Positions 42,140-56,656 of a DNA stretch of 64,000 nucleotides are shown piece by piece. Position 1 is the stretch's first letter, and every line of letters starts with the position of its first letter. The stretch comes from Octopus sinensis (lineage: Eukaryota): contig NC_043012.1 of the NCBI RefSeq assembly GCF_006345805.1, forward strand, positions 26,288,001 through 26,352,000. Direction: 5' to 3'. A model generated the notes under the pieces. That model did not search any database. It worked only from the letters and a program-made list of their open reading frames with translations, and was not told the origin of the DNA. Made by a program: the position numbers and the translations under genes.

Positions 42140-42499
42140 CATATATATATATACATATATATATATACATATATATATACATACACATATGCATATATAT
42201 ATTTATGAGTGTATATGTAAATATATACATAAATATATGTATGTAGGCATGCATGTAAGCATCTATGTATGTATACATGTATGTACGTATGCATGCTCTA
42301 TATTTGTACGAACAAATACTCTGCTATATAGAATAACTCAAGATTAAGAAAATGAGAAGATAAATTTCTTTTCTTTCAATGTATTATTGCACCTAGTAAA
42401 TATTTTTTTATGATTGATATTCTTAAATTACGAAAATATACTAAAAAATAAAAATGGATGACAACCATAAATTCGGACGTAAAATTACGGATGGAAATA

Positions 42500-43320
42500 T
42501 AGTCATTGAGGCTGTGTGGTAAGAAGCTTGCTTCCCAACCACATAGTTCCGTGTTAGGACCCACTGAGTGACAACTTGGGCAAGTGCCTTTTACTTTTGC
42601 CTCAGCCCGACCAAAGTGGTACACAGAAACTGGGAGAAGCCCGTCGTATATATTTATATATATACTTTTATTATTTTATTCTTTTATTTGTTTCAGTCAT
42701 TTGACTATGGCCATGCTGTTGCACCGCCTTTAGTCGTGCAAATCGACCCCAGAATTTATTCTTTGTAGGCCTAGTACATATCCTATCGGTTCTTCGCCGA
42801 ACCGCTAAGTTACGGGGAGGTAAACGCACCAGCTCGGTTGTCAAACACACAAGCATACACATATATATATATACACACACAAATACACACGCATATATGT
42901 AGATATACGACGGGCTTCTCTTAGTTTCCATCTACCAAATCCACTCACAAGGTTTTGGTCGACCGAGGCTAAAGTAGAAGACACTTGTCCAAGGTGCCAC
43001 GCATTTGGACTGAATCCGGAACCAAGGGATTGATAAGCAAGCTACTTAGCACACAGCCACTGCTGCACCTATATATATGTATGTATGTATGTATGTATTT
43101 GTATGCGTTCGTTTGTGTTTATCCCCACCGCCATCGCTTGACAACTGATGCTGGTGTGTTTATGCCTCCGTAAATCTAGCGGTTCGGCGAAAGACACAGA
43201 TAGAATAAATACTAGGATTACAAAGGATAAGTCCTGGAGTCGATTTCTCCTGCTAACATTCTTTAAGGCAGTGCTCTAGCATGGCCGCAGTCAAATGTGT
43301 GAAACAAGTAAAAAAAAAGA
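42500..43320. mobile_element. Three adjacent SINE family A pieces (+ 42500-42650, - 42670-43070, + 43100-43320)
   Basis: Head fragment, full reverse copy and tail half, all matching family A. Confidence 0.85.
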
Positions 43321-43384
43321 AAAATCAAAGAACTTAACGTATGGAAACTGGGGTGACCCGAGACTGGAGTTCTTCACGTGAAAA

Positions 43385-43590
43385 TATTGGTTTTAAAGTT
43401 TAGCACAAGAACAGCAATTTCGAGAAGGGGCTAAATCGATTAAATCGACCCCAGTATTCAACTGTTACTTATTTTATCGACTCCAAATGGATGAAAGTCG
43501 AAGTCGACCTCGGCAGAATTTGGACTCAGAACGTAAAGACGAACAAAATGCCTCTGTGCACTTTTGTCCGGTGTTATAACGATTCTCCTA
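43385..43590 (-). mobile_element. MetaSINE-like SINE
   Basis: Reverse complement of ...ctgagtccaaattctgccgaggtcgacttcgactttcatcc...gtcgataaaataag. Confidence 0.8.
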
Positions 43591-43789
43591 ACCAGTTGCT
43601 TTTGCATATGCAAATATTGGAAATATAATCACGTTGAAATGGAAATATCGTACTGAACTGCGATGAATCTTAACTTACCTAATGCTAGAAATGTACGCAT
43701 CATGACTTTGGCACTTGCGAACACTGTAATATCAGCAGTCTAAGATTTAGAATGCTTTTCGTTTTCTAGCAGAGTTATAAATAATGTGA

Positions 43790-44651
43790 CTAGGCTGGCT
43801 TCCAAATACCTAAGCTGACTACATAAAATCATTGGCCATTAGTTAAGCAGTATTTCTCAAGAAGCAGACGAGCAGCTGTAAGTATCTTGGGAATTTAGTA
43901 ATGCTTCTCATTCTAAAAACAGATGTTTTCTTAATCGTAAAGACGCACCAGTTGGTCTGATAGGAGATCAGAGTATGACAGCATCACCTGTTTTAGCACA
44001 ACCTGTTGATTTAAGAGTTTCGAGGAGATGTGGGGCAATCTCTTTTAGTTTTGAAGCTGTATTGATGTAATGTAGATATCTTTCATGAACTTTGCTGAAT
44101 TGCAGAACTCAACATTGATGTGATCATCAAATGCCTTTGTCAGAAGTTAGCTGTAGGAAATTATTTGTATTTTGTGAATTTTGTACTGGACAACAAAGAT
44201 TGAAAGCCTCCTCTCTATTGCAGAATGTTATTTGAAGAGCAGCCGTCATTTGATGCTTGCGTCTTTTCTTAAATGGCTTGGAAATCGCTTACTGCATTTG
44301 TTGTCTTACGTCAAAAGCAATTTCCTCCTGAGCGTAAAACAAGGAGCATGAACTATCTGGGTCATATCAATATCGAACATCTCTGTCTCTTTGTGAGCAT
44401 CCGAGGGTGTCAATTTGATTAAATTATATCTTATCCGTATTTAAGATCATGTAGAAATCCTTAATCCTCGACATTTGCGTGGAACATATTTTGTAGCCAA
44501 CTTCTTTTAAAATAAGGCTCTGTTTGTTCGTAATTTCAGCTCGCACCCAAGAAGATTACCTTCTCGCTTAGATTTATTAAAATCGAATGAAATTTGGTAT
44601 TCGGTAGATGACATGCGCAGAAGCATAAGAAGCAGCAGTTCCAAAATAGTC
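43790..44651 (-). pseudogene. Decayed reading frame of unknown family (about 290 codons)
   Basis: Frames joined across several indels and stops give a protein-like sequence: YFGTAASYASAHVIYRIP...VRAEITNKQSLILKEVGYKICSTQMSRIKDFY...AISKPFKKRRKHQMTAALQITFCNRE...VEFCNSAKFMKDIYIT...KEIAPHLLETLKSTGCAKTGDAVIL*SPIRPTGASLRLRKHLFLE*...AARLLLEKYC. Frame joining is my inference. Confidence 0.45.
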
Positions 44652-45555
44652 TCGTTTTCTGTTGCAGATTTCTAGAGGGAGAGAGAACGAGCAAATAAAC
44701 GGGGAAGCGCAATATGTGGTAATTGTATTGAAATGGCAGATATTTGAAGGAAGATCAGAGTATTATTGACACAGAGAGAAATAGAGGGGAATGTTAAGCA
44801 GAGGAAAGTAAACTGCGGTAAAATGGGGAGATTGGAAACATAAAAAAGGGAACGGTAATTATTTTGCGATAGAGGAGCAGTAAGAAGGAAAAGAAAGGGA
44901 AATGAAGGAAAGGACTGGAAATAGGGATGTTTTCCTTGAAGAGTAGGAACCAATGTGCATCAAAGAACAGCTATTCAGCACCTTTGGTTTCTGCGGATGC
45001 ATGGCGACAGCTGTAGAAAATATTGTGGAATACAAGATGGACATATATAAATACATGCCAACTTTCAACACACGCACACACACTCTCACACACACACACA
45101 GACAGACACACACACACACGCACGCACACACACAAATGAAGCACACACTCCTATACACAATATGTATAACTGACATGTATGTATATATATATATAAATGT
45201 ATATATATATATGTCTATCTATTGACAATTGTATAAATATATACACACACGCACATGGATATATATATATATATGTGTTTATATATATATATATATACAT
45301 TTCTATATATGCATGTATGTGTGTAAATATACTACATACGACTTAACACAATATACATGAATACAATCGCAAATTTACATAGTATTATATATATATATCT
45401 ATATATATAGAAGAGAGAGAGGAGAGAGAAAGAGAAAGAATGATAACAGATAGAGGACATAGATATACAATATTATATATATATATGATCAGTATATATA
45501 TCTATATATTATATATATAAATATATATATATATATATGTATGTATATAAATATG

Positions 45556-45654
<99 letters not shown>

Positions 45655-46284
45655 TCGGTGCGTGCGCTCTACTATTCTAAGATTACAATTAAAATATATA
45701 GATCACATTTCTATACTTTTGTTGCAGTTCTTGCTCTTTTTTTTTATATTTCTTCCTTTCCAACAGAAATACAAATAAGTGTTTATATAATAACAAGCAG
45801 ACCTCTTTAGCTAAGTCTACAGAAAACCCCATAGGACTTGACCATGGCAAAAAGAAACTATCGAAAAACACGGCCTAATTGCCTGTTGGCTTAATAAACG
45901 GCGAAGGAGAAGAAGAATGAGAAGACAGAAGAAGGAGGAGAAGAGGAAGAAGGAGAAAAAGAAGAGGAAGGAGAAGAAGAAGAAGAAGAAGAAGAAGAAG
46001 GAGAAGAAGAGGAGAAGAAGGAAGAAGAAGAAGAAGAATGAGAAGAAGAAGAAGCTAACAATGTGTTTATTTTATCCATGATCGATGTTTAAAGTACAAA
46101 TTCGTAACAAAAGTTTTGCTCAATTAGAGTCTATGGGGTAACAATGACAGTAAGAGCGGTGACTTTTGGAACTATAGTATCAGGTTTACTACTACTACTA
46201 CTACTAGTGGTAAATGTAGTCCTTATAGTAGTAGTCATAGTAGTTGTAGTTGTAGTAGTTGTAATCCTAGTTGTATTCGTATTA

Positions 46285-46331
<47 letters not shown>

Positions 46332-46753
46332 TGTATTAGTGTTAGTCGTAGCAGTAATCGTAGTTGAAGTTGTACTCGCAGAAGTGGAAATTTTAGCCGC
46401 AGTAGTTGTACGCGTTGAAGTAGAAGTAGTCATAGTAGTAGCGGTCATAGTACAAATCGTAGTAATCGTAATTATGAACTGGGATCAATGTAATCAACTG
46501 ATTTTTTTGGTCACCCTTCCTTTCCATATTCATCTATCACACCTTCCTTTCTCGTTCGTATGTAGTGACGGGAAAATAGGAGATACACGACGCTCTCTTT
46601 GCCACTTCCTCTCTGCCATTGCTATTAATTTTGCTCACTCTGTCCCAGTCAGGACTATTACTCTCACTACTTCTCCTTCACTAAATTACTATCTTCTCTC
46701 CTCCCCCTTTATTTATACTACACTTTCTTCTATAGCCTGCGTGATTTTGGACA

Positions 46754-46797
<44 letters not shown>

Positions 46798-46818
46798 ACA
46801 CACACACATACACAACAC

Positions 46819-46857
<39 letters not shown>

Positions 46858-46914
46858 TACATACAAATATACAAAATCATTACGCTCATTATTATATTAG
46901 GAGATTACAATAAA

Positions 46915-47125
46915 ACGGCGTGCTTTTAGAAGCGTCAGCTTGCTGGACACAATGGTTTGTGATATTTGCTCTCCTTCGTTAAGGTCAAATACCGCCGGCC
47001 TCAACTTTAGCTCTCATCCTTTCGTGATCGATAAAATATCTATCAGCTAATTACTAAGAGTGGGGTCGACTTAATCGTCTTACCCGCTTACCCGAAGTTG
47101 CTGGCTTTGTGTCAAAATGTGAAAC
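46915..47125 (+). mobile_element. MetaSINE-like SINE, diverged
   Basis: ctcatcctttcgtgatcgataaaat...ggggtcgacttaatcg...gtcaaaatgtgaaac. Confidence 0.75.
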
Positions 47126-47170
<45 letters not shown>

Positions 47171-47812
47171 CTACTGGGGCCCGCTTGCTGGACTTGTCTG
47201 AAGTGTGTGCAGGGTGACGAAACTGTTCTGCATACCCTCGCTCAGTATCCGGGCATTGCTGACTTGTGGGGTTATGTTGACCAGCTGCCGTCACGTGTGG
47301 GACAGATCCATCTTTTGGCCGTGTCTGTAGTGATAATCGCACCGACGCCCTCCTTTAATCGAGCAGGCAAGGCATTTTCCTTTGCCTGATGGCTGTGACG
47401 AAAGATATATTTTGGTGGACAAGGCTGTAAGGCATGAGGACAGATGCATTCCGTTTTAGTAATGATCCCATTGACCTTTTCCAAGTTTCACTTGAAAAGG
47501 AAACAGAGAGTGGAGAAGGAAGTGCTGTCCGTGAGTGAATTTATTGAAAGGTGTGTGAAAATGTCAAGAGTGGTTGGTATCTCTCTAAGTATAGACATCT
47601 AAGTCGGAGAGAAGGTATTAGTGAAGGCACTTTCTCCTTTGTTTTCAGGGAAATCTCGAAGAGAGTGGTTCCTCGATTATCCCTAGAGGCATTCCTGTAT
47701 CAGCAGAGCCACATCTCTATCATCCTCCCCCGCCACTTTGTTTTTACCTTTGTATGCTATTCATATGTTCTTTCTATTTCAGTCTATACCGTTTATACTT
47801 AACTTTTATTTC
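47171..47812 (+). mobile_element. Tx1/L1-clade LINE 3' end
   Basis: CLKCVQGDETVLHTLAQYP (CCHC knuckle, last C mutated to Y), LWGYVDQL, FWWTRL, FHLKRKQRVEKEVL, followed by a 3' UTR. Confidence 0.75.
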
Positions 47813-47837
47813 ATCTTCATCATCATTATTATTATTG

Positions 47838-47892
<55 letters not shown>

Positions 47893-50467
47893 CATTCAGT
47901 AGTTTTATTTTTATAGCGTGCTTTCACTTCACTAGCGAGCACAGCTCCCTGTGCCTTGGGTATGTGCTGTGATTTGTTGTGATGCTCTGATGGTTATTGT
48001 ATGGAAAGTGTTCTGCGTAGGATGTGTGCAGTGCCTAGTAGTGCAATTTTCTGTATGTTATATGTGTTTGTAAGTCCTGGTGTTTTTGTTATGTATTTGT
48101 CTGAATATTTTTTTATCATGCCTAATACACCTACTATGATAGGAATTGTTTCTGTTTTAGATTCCACATTCTAGTTCCCTCTATTTCCAGGTCTTTGTAT
48201 TTTGAAGAGTTTCTCCATTTCTTTTAGAGACACGTTGTCATCAGCCGGTATTGATACATCAATTAGAAAGCATTTTTTTCTTCATGATCTCTGACAACTA
48301 TATCTGGTCTGTTGGCCTTAATTTCTCTATCTGTGTGTATCGGCAATACCCAGAGTATGGTTGCTTTGTCGTTTTCTGTGACCTTTTCTGGTGTGTGTGC
48401 CTATACCATCTTTTTTCTGTTGTTATTCCATAATGTTGGCATAGCTTCCAATGTATGTAGGTTCCAACTCTGTCATGTCTGTGAATATATTCCTTCTTAG
48501 CCAAGACTAGGCAGCTAGAGATAATATGATTTATTGTTTCTTGTCCATCTCCACATATTCTGCAGTTACTTGTAATATTTCTTTTCATTACATGTTTTTG
48601 GTAATTTCTGGGGGGAGGCTTTGGTCTTGTGCTGCAATTAAAAATCCCTCTGTTTTCTGCTTTGAGTCCTGAGCTTCTCAACCATTGCTGGGATTTTTCT
48701 TTGTCTATTTCTTTTGCGTTTAGTTTAGTCCAGTATTTACCATGAAGGGGCTTTTCTTGCCATCGTTTTATCATGGTTCGTTGCTGTTCTATTTTTAGTT
48801 GGATTTCATTTGTTTTATAGCTTTTGTTGTTTCTTCATCATCTTCTTTTCTTCTTCATGTTTATTAGGTGGTATGATTTCTTGTTTGTATTTGTCAGCTT
48901 CCTTAATACTGAGAACAGTTTTTTGTTTTGCTCGTGTTTTGCCGCTATCTGGATCAGTTTCCTTCCTTCTGAAGTAGATATTTCTGCAGTCCTATGATGG
49001 TTATTTTATAGTAGTTTTCCAGCTGTATAAGGCCTCTACCACCTTCTATAACGTTTGTATATATAGTCTTTCTATGTCAGATTTTGGGTGATGCATCCTA
49101 GATCCTGTCATTATTTTTCTTGTTTTCCTATCTATTTTGGTCAGTTCATTTCGTGTCCAGTTAAGGATATTGTAGCTGTAACTTATAACTGGGACAGCAA
49201 AAGTGTTGATACCTATTATCTTGTTTTTAGCATTGAGCTCTGTGTTTAGTATTGATCTAACTCGTCTATAATATTCTTTTTTTATTTTCTCTTTCTTTGT
49301 GTGTGTTGTGTCTTATATCTAGTTCATGGATTCCTAAGTATTTGTAAGTTTGGTTTTGGTCTAATTCTTTTATTTCATTGGTTTTATCTAGTGTGATGTT
49401 GTTACTCTTAACTAGTTTCCTCTTTTCATGGTTACTTTGGCGCATTTTTCTAATCCAAATTTCATATCTATTTCTTTGGTAAATCCATGAACTGTCTTTA
49501 ATAGTGTTCCAGCTGTTTGTCATTTGCAGCGTATAGTTTTAGGTCATCCATATATAAAAGGTGGCTGATCGTTTTGCCGTAACATTTATATCCGCATCCA
49601 GTTCTATTTAGCATATCAGATAGAGGTGACAGTGCCAAGCAGAAAAGGAGTGGAAGAGCGTGTCTCCCTGGAATATTCCTCTTCTAATGGGGATGTCTTT
49701 GGTTTTCATGAGTCCCTCTTTTGTTTGGAGGTGTAGGACTGTTTGCCATTTATTCATAGAGTGCTCTGAATTTATGATTGTTGTGTGCTACTTTGTTAAT
49801 GGCTAGTGTTCGAGGATCCATGTGTGGGGGATGCTATCAAACGCTTTTTGTAGTCAATCCAGCCATACTGAGGCCTTTCTTCTTTCTGTGGCTGTCTTCA
49901 GTTATGGCTTTATTAATCATTAGTTGATCTTTACAGCCATATGAGCCTTTGCGGCATCCTTTCTGCTCTTCTGGGAACAGTTTGTTTTCGTCAGGTGCTT
50001 GTTCAGCTTTGTGATATCACTGCAGTAAATGCCTTGAACATAGTAGGGAGGCAGGTTATTGGTCTGTAGTTTTCTGGTTTTTCTGTTTCATTTGATTGGG
50101 AATTAAGATGGTTTTCCCCTTCGTGAGCCATTCAGGCATTGTCTCTGCTCTGCTAGTACTTTGTTAAAGTTTTCAGCCAGCTTTTGTGCATTCCTGTTAG
50201 ATATTTCAACCAGAAGTTGGGGACCTTGTCATGCCCAGGTGCCTTCCAGTTGCTTAGTCTTTGCAGTGCCTGGGTGACCTCTTCAGTTGTTATGGGTCCA
50301 AAGTTGTTCAGATGCCGAGTTTGTTATTTTGATATCCTTTTTTTTTGTGTTCGTTCGCCGACCATATTTCTCCCCAGAATTCTTCCAATTCTTCTGCCGT
50401 TGGTGCTGCAGTGACTTCTATTTTATTTTTTCCCAGTTCTTGGTAGAACTTTTGGGGTTAGAGTTGA
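47893..50467 (-). mobile_element. R4/Dong-clade LINE, 5'-truncated, inserted in (TAA)n
   Basis: RT: RRGIFQGD, SHLLYMDDLKLY. CCHC: CRICGDGQETINHIISSC, RHDRV..IHWKLC. RLE: ANRPD region. (TTA)n on both flanks, matching the known TAA target of Dong. Confidence 0.92.
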
Positions 50468-50503
50468 TTATTATTATTATTAATATTATTATTATTATTA
50501 TTA

Positions 50504-50539
<36 letters not shown>

Positions 50540-50540
50540 C

Positions 50541-50593
<53 letters not shown>

Positions 50594-50595
50594 TT

Positions 50596-50750
50596 TCTGA
50601 GTTCTAATTCCGCTGAGGTCGACTTTGTCTTTCATCCTTTTTTTTTGGGGGGGGGGAGTCGATAAAACAAGTACCAGCTGAACACTGGGGCCGATGTGAT
50701 CAACTCATCCCCTCCCCTCAACTGGCTGCCTTTGTGGAAAAATTTGAATT
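50596..50750 (+). mobile_element. MetaSINE-like SINE, 5'-truncated
   Basis: ttctgagttctaattccgctgaggtcgactttgtctttcatcc...gtcgataaaacaagtaccagctgaacactgggg. Confidence 0.8.
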
Positions 50751-50758
50751 CATCATCA

Positions 50759-50817
<59 letters not shown>

Positions 50818-50884
50818 TACTTTCAATACTTGCTACAATCACTTACCGAGACACGCCCAGCGTCCTAGGGTAAGTGAAGGATAA

Positions 50885-51360
50885 GTGTCCGAAGGTTTCA
50901 TATTAGCGGCGAAAGACCAATGTTTGGTTACCGAAAACTACCAGGCTAACTTTCTACAAAACGGTTCTGTTCCTAAATGTAGATTCTGCGATACATTTGA
51001 CGAAACAATAGAGCATCTCGTTTCGTGATGTCCTGTACTGACACCAAACTTCGCCACGATGGAGTAGGACAATATTTACATGAACATCATCATGAGCCAG
51101 CCGTTGAAGGTAAAGATATCACTATCATTTCTGATTTTCCAGTCAACACCGAAAGAACGATCCAGGCTAATCGACCAGACATAGTCATTAAAGACTGAGA
51201 AGCAAAATGCCTAATAGATGTAAGATGTAGCCTAACGGATAAAATATACAACTTTACAGGAATTTGACAAATTTAGTAAATATAAAGACCTGGGAATTGA
51301 AATATAATAAAGATGTGGCATCTTAAAGCGAGAACTGTTCCTGTTATTATGGGTGCCCTA
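50885..51360 (+). mobile_element. Second-lineage R4/Dong fragment (zinc knuckle + RLE)
   Basis: SEGFILAAKDQ...KCRFCDTFDETIEHLVS*CPVL..RHDGVGQYLH...IQANRPDIVIKD...KYKDLGIE...MWHLK..VPVIMGAL. Confidence 0.85.
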
Positions 51361-51369
51361 GTAGTAGTT

Positions 51370-51409
<40 letters not shown>

Positions 51410-52189
51410 CAGCAGCAGCAGTAGTAGTAGTAGTTGTAGTAGTAACAGTAGTAGTAGTAGTGGTAGCAGTAGTCCTTGTATTATAAGCTTTCACAAATTA
51501 ACGGGGAGCTGTTGTCCTTTTGTGCCTTGAGAGTGAGCAGCATTTTGAATTCATTTACATTTTTACTTTTCCCCCTAATATTTTGCATTTTCTTGAAATA
51601 ATTTTATGCAATATGTGTGTCAAGTTCTCGACATGCAGGACAGTATAACATCATCTGTTGAACTATAACCCCTGGCATTCTGTATGGATTTACTGGAATA
51701 TAGGAGCGATTATTATCGTCGATGTTTGCAAATTTAATGGTCACTTCAGATATCCTTCATATCTGAATTTATTGCGACGTTACAAAGAAAGATCGTGAGT
51801 TTAGTTATTATAGAGAAATACTCCTTCCTGTTCTGGTTGAGATTCTAATGACATTATTACGTGTGAACTTCTAGCAACTATAATATCTTCTGCATCCTTA
51901 GTTAGCCATTTTGGTAACACAATATGTGACGACAAGATGGCTGCTTAGTGTAAATACAGTATAAAAGAGAGTATTCACCAGAGTACAAATCTATTCTGTT
52001 CAAAGGATTGTCATAAAATGAAATTAAAAATAGAATGTGCAATTCGTTGATAGAAATAGAGACAAATATGGCTGTAAGGTTGATTCGGATACAATCCCAA
52101 CGTGGGTTACGCTGGACAAGTGCCTTCTAATATATCCCTGGCATCGAATGATGTATTTTGAATAAATGTGGTAGAGAGAAACTGTGAAT

Positions 52190-52234
<45 letters not shown>

Positions 52235-52297
52235 CTACATACAATTATACACTACATTATATATATATATCTATTATATATATATATATAATATTTA

Positions 52298-52364
<67 letters not shown>

Positions 52365-52394
52365 TATATATATATATATAAATGTATATATATG

Positions 52395-52570
52395 TATAGG
52401 GGAGTACGAAGACAGGTGGTGTAGACAACAAACAGATGTATTAGTATAACGCTCGGGAAGTGAAAAAGTCTTTAACGTTTCGAGCCTACGCTCTTCCACA
52501 GAAGGGAACACAGAAAGAATCAAGGAGAGAAATAAAAGAATGTGTAGTGGCTAGCGATCTATCATGGCGA
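52395..52570 (-). mobile_element. PLE-type terminal fragment with a degenerate minimal hammerhead (52470-52505)
   Basis: Minus strand: cctt-CUGUGGA-A-GAGC[GUAG]GCUC-GAAA-CG-UU-aaag. A6 is replaced by U. Its downstream part recurs at about 59215-59300 (+). Confidence 0.6.
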
Positions 52571-52624
52571 CACACACACACACACACGCATATATATGTG
52601 TGTGTCTATGTTTGTATATATATA

Positions 52625-52681
<57 letters not shown>

Positions 52682-53140
52682 TATTATTATTATATTATAA
52701 GATAGAATATTATCATAGTCTACCGGTTTCTCGTTTTGATAATCATGACTGGAAAATTGGTGAAAACATTGGAATTTCGTAGTATCTTAAGGAGTTTTTA
52801 CTACATGTTGCTTTGTGAAAACATGGACGGAAAACATGCAACATGAGGTGGAAACATGGAATTTTAACTCCATGTTGCATGAGAGCTTGTTCGTGAGTGG
52901 AAGAGCATTTAGAAAATTCTAACGGGAGGTAATTGGTGATTATCATTATTCGAGAGAAGGGAGTTAAACTCACCACGTGGGGATATCCTCTTCAACGAAA
53001 TTCCTTACTATGTGTATCCGTCTCTATTTCTCGTAACCTATTTCACATTCTATATTTAATTTCATTTTATAACAATCCCAATCCCTTGAAATGAATGGAT
53101 ATGTATGATGGTTAATACTTTTATATGTATATGATGATAA

Positions 53141-53455
53141 GATCCTCTTCGGTCATGACTGACCATGGGATTGCACCGAGAAATTTACCCTCCCAGGACA
53201 CAAGTACGGGCAAGGTTGTTTATGGATGACCAGCAGTCGCCTACGCATACCGGCCTCCCTTCTACACGCCACCCAAGGGAAATGGCAAAGGCCGATACAG
53301 CTTGGTACCTGTGACGTAGCAACTCAGTTGAGTGAACTGGAGCAACGTGAAATAAAGACGCTCAAGAACACAACACGCAGCCCGGTCCGGGATACGAACT
53401 TACAATCGCATGATCGTAAGCTCGACGCTCTAACCACTGAGCCATGTGCCTTCAC
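53141..53455 (-). mobile_element. CORE-type SINE family D
   Basis: Reverse complement of 61782-62126. Confidence 0.9.
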
Positions 53456-53584
53456 ACACACACACATATATATATACACACACACAAATACAAACATAAC
53501 ACACATACGCGCACTCAAATAATATATATATATGATTATATATATAATACTTATATATACATACATACATACACACACACACAC

Positions 53585-53648
<64 letters not shown>

Positions 53649-54004
53649 CATGTGTGTATAAGTTTAGATATGCAAGTATCAAATGAAGTTAAAAAGTAGA
53701 ACCTTCGCAGGGCTGGGTCCTTGGCGTGTATATAAAGAAAGAAAAATGGCGCTTAAGAATTACGGTAGCTATTTCAGTTGAATTTTCTTCCTTTAGTGCG
53801 GTCATGAAAGAGTACATCATAATATACAATCAAACCTCTTTAGGTAAAATTTTAAACAGGTAACATTTTAAATATCTGTCAGGATGCAGGTAATATTAGC
53901 TGGACTAGAGATCCCTTTAAGTTTTTCATATTCGATTATACATGAGACTTTGAAGGTATGTCTTAAAAGAGGTCACAAGAAACAAAGAGAACTTAAACCA
54001 GCAG

Positions 54005-54070
54005 AATGACGGTGCTCCAGCATGGCCACAGCTCGTGAGCTGAAACTAGATTAAATAAAAATAAAATAAA
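54005..54070 (+). mobile_element. Isolated CR1-type 3' tail
   Basis: ggtgctccagcatggccacagctcgtgagctgaaactag-(aaata)n resembles the CR1 tail at 36529-36592 and the SINE A tails. Confidence 0.6.
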
Positions 54071-54667
54071 TACACAATCAAATTTGAAATGATGCGGCAT
54101 AAAAGAGAAAATATGTGGAGATGCAGCTCCACGTTAAATGAGAAAGTGGACCCCGAACTGATGGCTTCGTAGCGTGTCAGCGGCTGACAGGGGCTGAAAT
54201 ATTGTCTAGCCTAGAAATGGAAGGACTTTGTTTTGGGACACGTTTGCGATTATGCTGAGTAGGCTTTCGCCAAGACAAATCCGCGGAGTTAATAAAATCT
54301 AGAATTAAGGTCGTAGTTGAGTGAAAAATATAAGTTCAGAGGGATTATGGCAGCGGCTTTTTGAACATATTGTTTCTTAATTTCCATTTCTTCTGTTAAA
54401 GGAAATGATGGATTTCGAAAATTTATTGTTCAAATGAAATTGCATAGAAAATACGGCAAATTATGACAAAAGAGGTTGATTATGAAGAAGAAAACAACAC
54501 CGAATTGTTTTCAAAGCAATATCACAAATACGCACATATGTATATATGTATATATATATATACATATGCATAAAAATATATGCGTGTAGAGTGTGTATAA
54601 AAAAATTTTCTTTACGTGTATATGTATGTGTGTGTGTATGCGCATGACTTTGTAGATATGTACCTAT

Positions 54668-54702
<35 letters not shown>

Positions 54703-55363
54703 GGTGATCTTGTGTATATATATACAAAAATATTCATATAAACACACGCATACACATGTATATACACATACGCACTCGTTAATATACATGCTTTGAAAGG
54801 ATTACACGTATGCATGCATGCATACATCTATCCAGCCATCCATACATACATATATGTATACATACATACATGTATATATACATATATATACATATATATA
54901 TTTATGTATATATATATATATATATATACATACGTATATATATGTATAATACATATATATATATGCGCACACATATATATATATACATATGTATATACAC
55001 ACATTCATATATATATATGTGTGTGTGTGTAAGTATACATGTATGTCTATACGTTGAGGTAGATGTAAATAGAAATAATTGCTGGCAATTCTCAACTAAT
55101 ACTTAACCGCTCTCTTCATTATATTTAACATTTGTCTCTTCATTCGGCATATAACTCTTCTTTATTTACTAAAAATTCTCCCTACCACAACCACTACCAC
55201 CACCACCACCACCACCGCCAGCGCCACAAACATACATACACAAACACCCACACCCATGCATGTACAAGCACACACATGCATACAGACGCTCAAATAGACC
55301 TTCTCTGTGTTTGTCTCTATCTTTCACACACAATTACGCACTTATTCATCAAATTTGTTGACA

Positions 55364-55408
<45 letters not shown>

Positions 55409-55606
55409 CAATGTCGATATATGTTTGTACGCATGTATATATATATATATATTTACATATATCATATATATCTTACACATATTCGTAAATGCATATAAGG
55501 CATGTATATTTTCACGTATATTCGTATACTATATATATGTATGTACGTACATATGTATGTATATATATATGTTTGTGTGGGTGGTATGGCTGGTGTGTGT
55601 TATATC

Positions 55607-55655
<49 letters not shown>

Positions 55656-55788
55656 GTATTTATCTCTATTCACGCACACACATATAGATACATACCTGAT
55701 ACATAAGTAGATGATAAATAGATAGTCAAACTTACAAATACGTTTACCCTTGCTCTTAAACCTAGTCAGTCACTCTTACACACACACA

Positions 55789-55843
<55 letters not shown>

Positions 55844-56622
55844 TATATATATATATATATGGAAAGTTATGTTCATACACACATATACATGTTCATACAC
55901 ATACAAGCACAAACATATACACGCGCACTCACACACACACACGTGTATTTATATACGCACATGCACACGGTCATATACAATCACAAAATCACACACACAC
56001 ACAGAGTCACACACTGAATGCATGTATAAATATTTGGGCTCCAGACTGTCTCCGATTTTGCTCTCCCTCTAATGACTGTTGATAAATCATGATGACATGT
56101 CTGCATAAATATTCATGATAAAGGAAAATCGTATCTAACCGTCTTTTCTAATTATTCTGTACAATAATAACACATCACCTCCATCCGTGTTGAGCGTCTT
56201 CGACCGCAACGAACGAACATTGCATTTCGGCCATCTTGTTTTGAAAGTCACCCGACCCGGCTTCATTTAGCGTTTCGTATAAACAATCTAAATCTGGCTC
56301 CGATTAGTGAAGCGTGTATTTAATAGGCGGTTTGTTAGTTAGTTAGTTTGTTAGTTTGTTTGTTTGTCAGAAGACAAACGAAAGGTTCATTTGAGTCCGT
56401 TCATTAGTACTTGAGGCAAATTATTGTTATACAATATCTCAGATACTTTCGAACTTTCTACTTTGATTGGTTTCTTGTCAAATTGATACGAAAATTTTAT
56501 ATGCATATGTGTATATGTGCGTTCATGTGTACCACTCTCTCTCACCCTCTCTCCCTGTATATATATATATATATATATATGCATATATGTGCGTGTGTAT
56601 GTGTATTTATCTATCTATCTAC

Positions 56623-56656
<34 letters not shown>

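Noticed and set aside
43790-44651. TGA=Trp code or selenocysteine readthrough in the decayed frame
   Set aside because: TAA/TAG stops and frameshifts are also present, so ordinary decay is simpler.
52800-52885. Three alternating catgttgc(atg) motifs
   Set aside because: Short, not a valid p53-type consensus, and probably a local micro-inversion.
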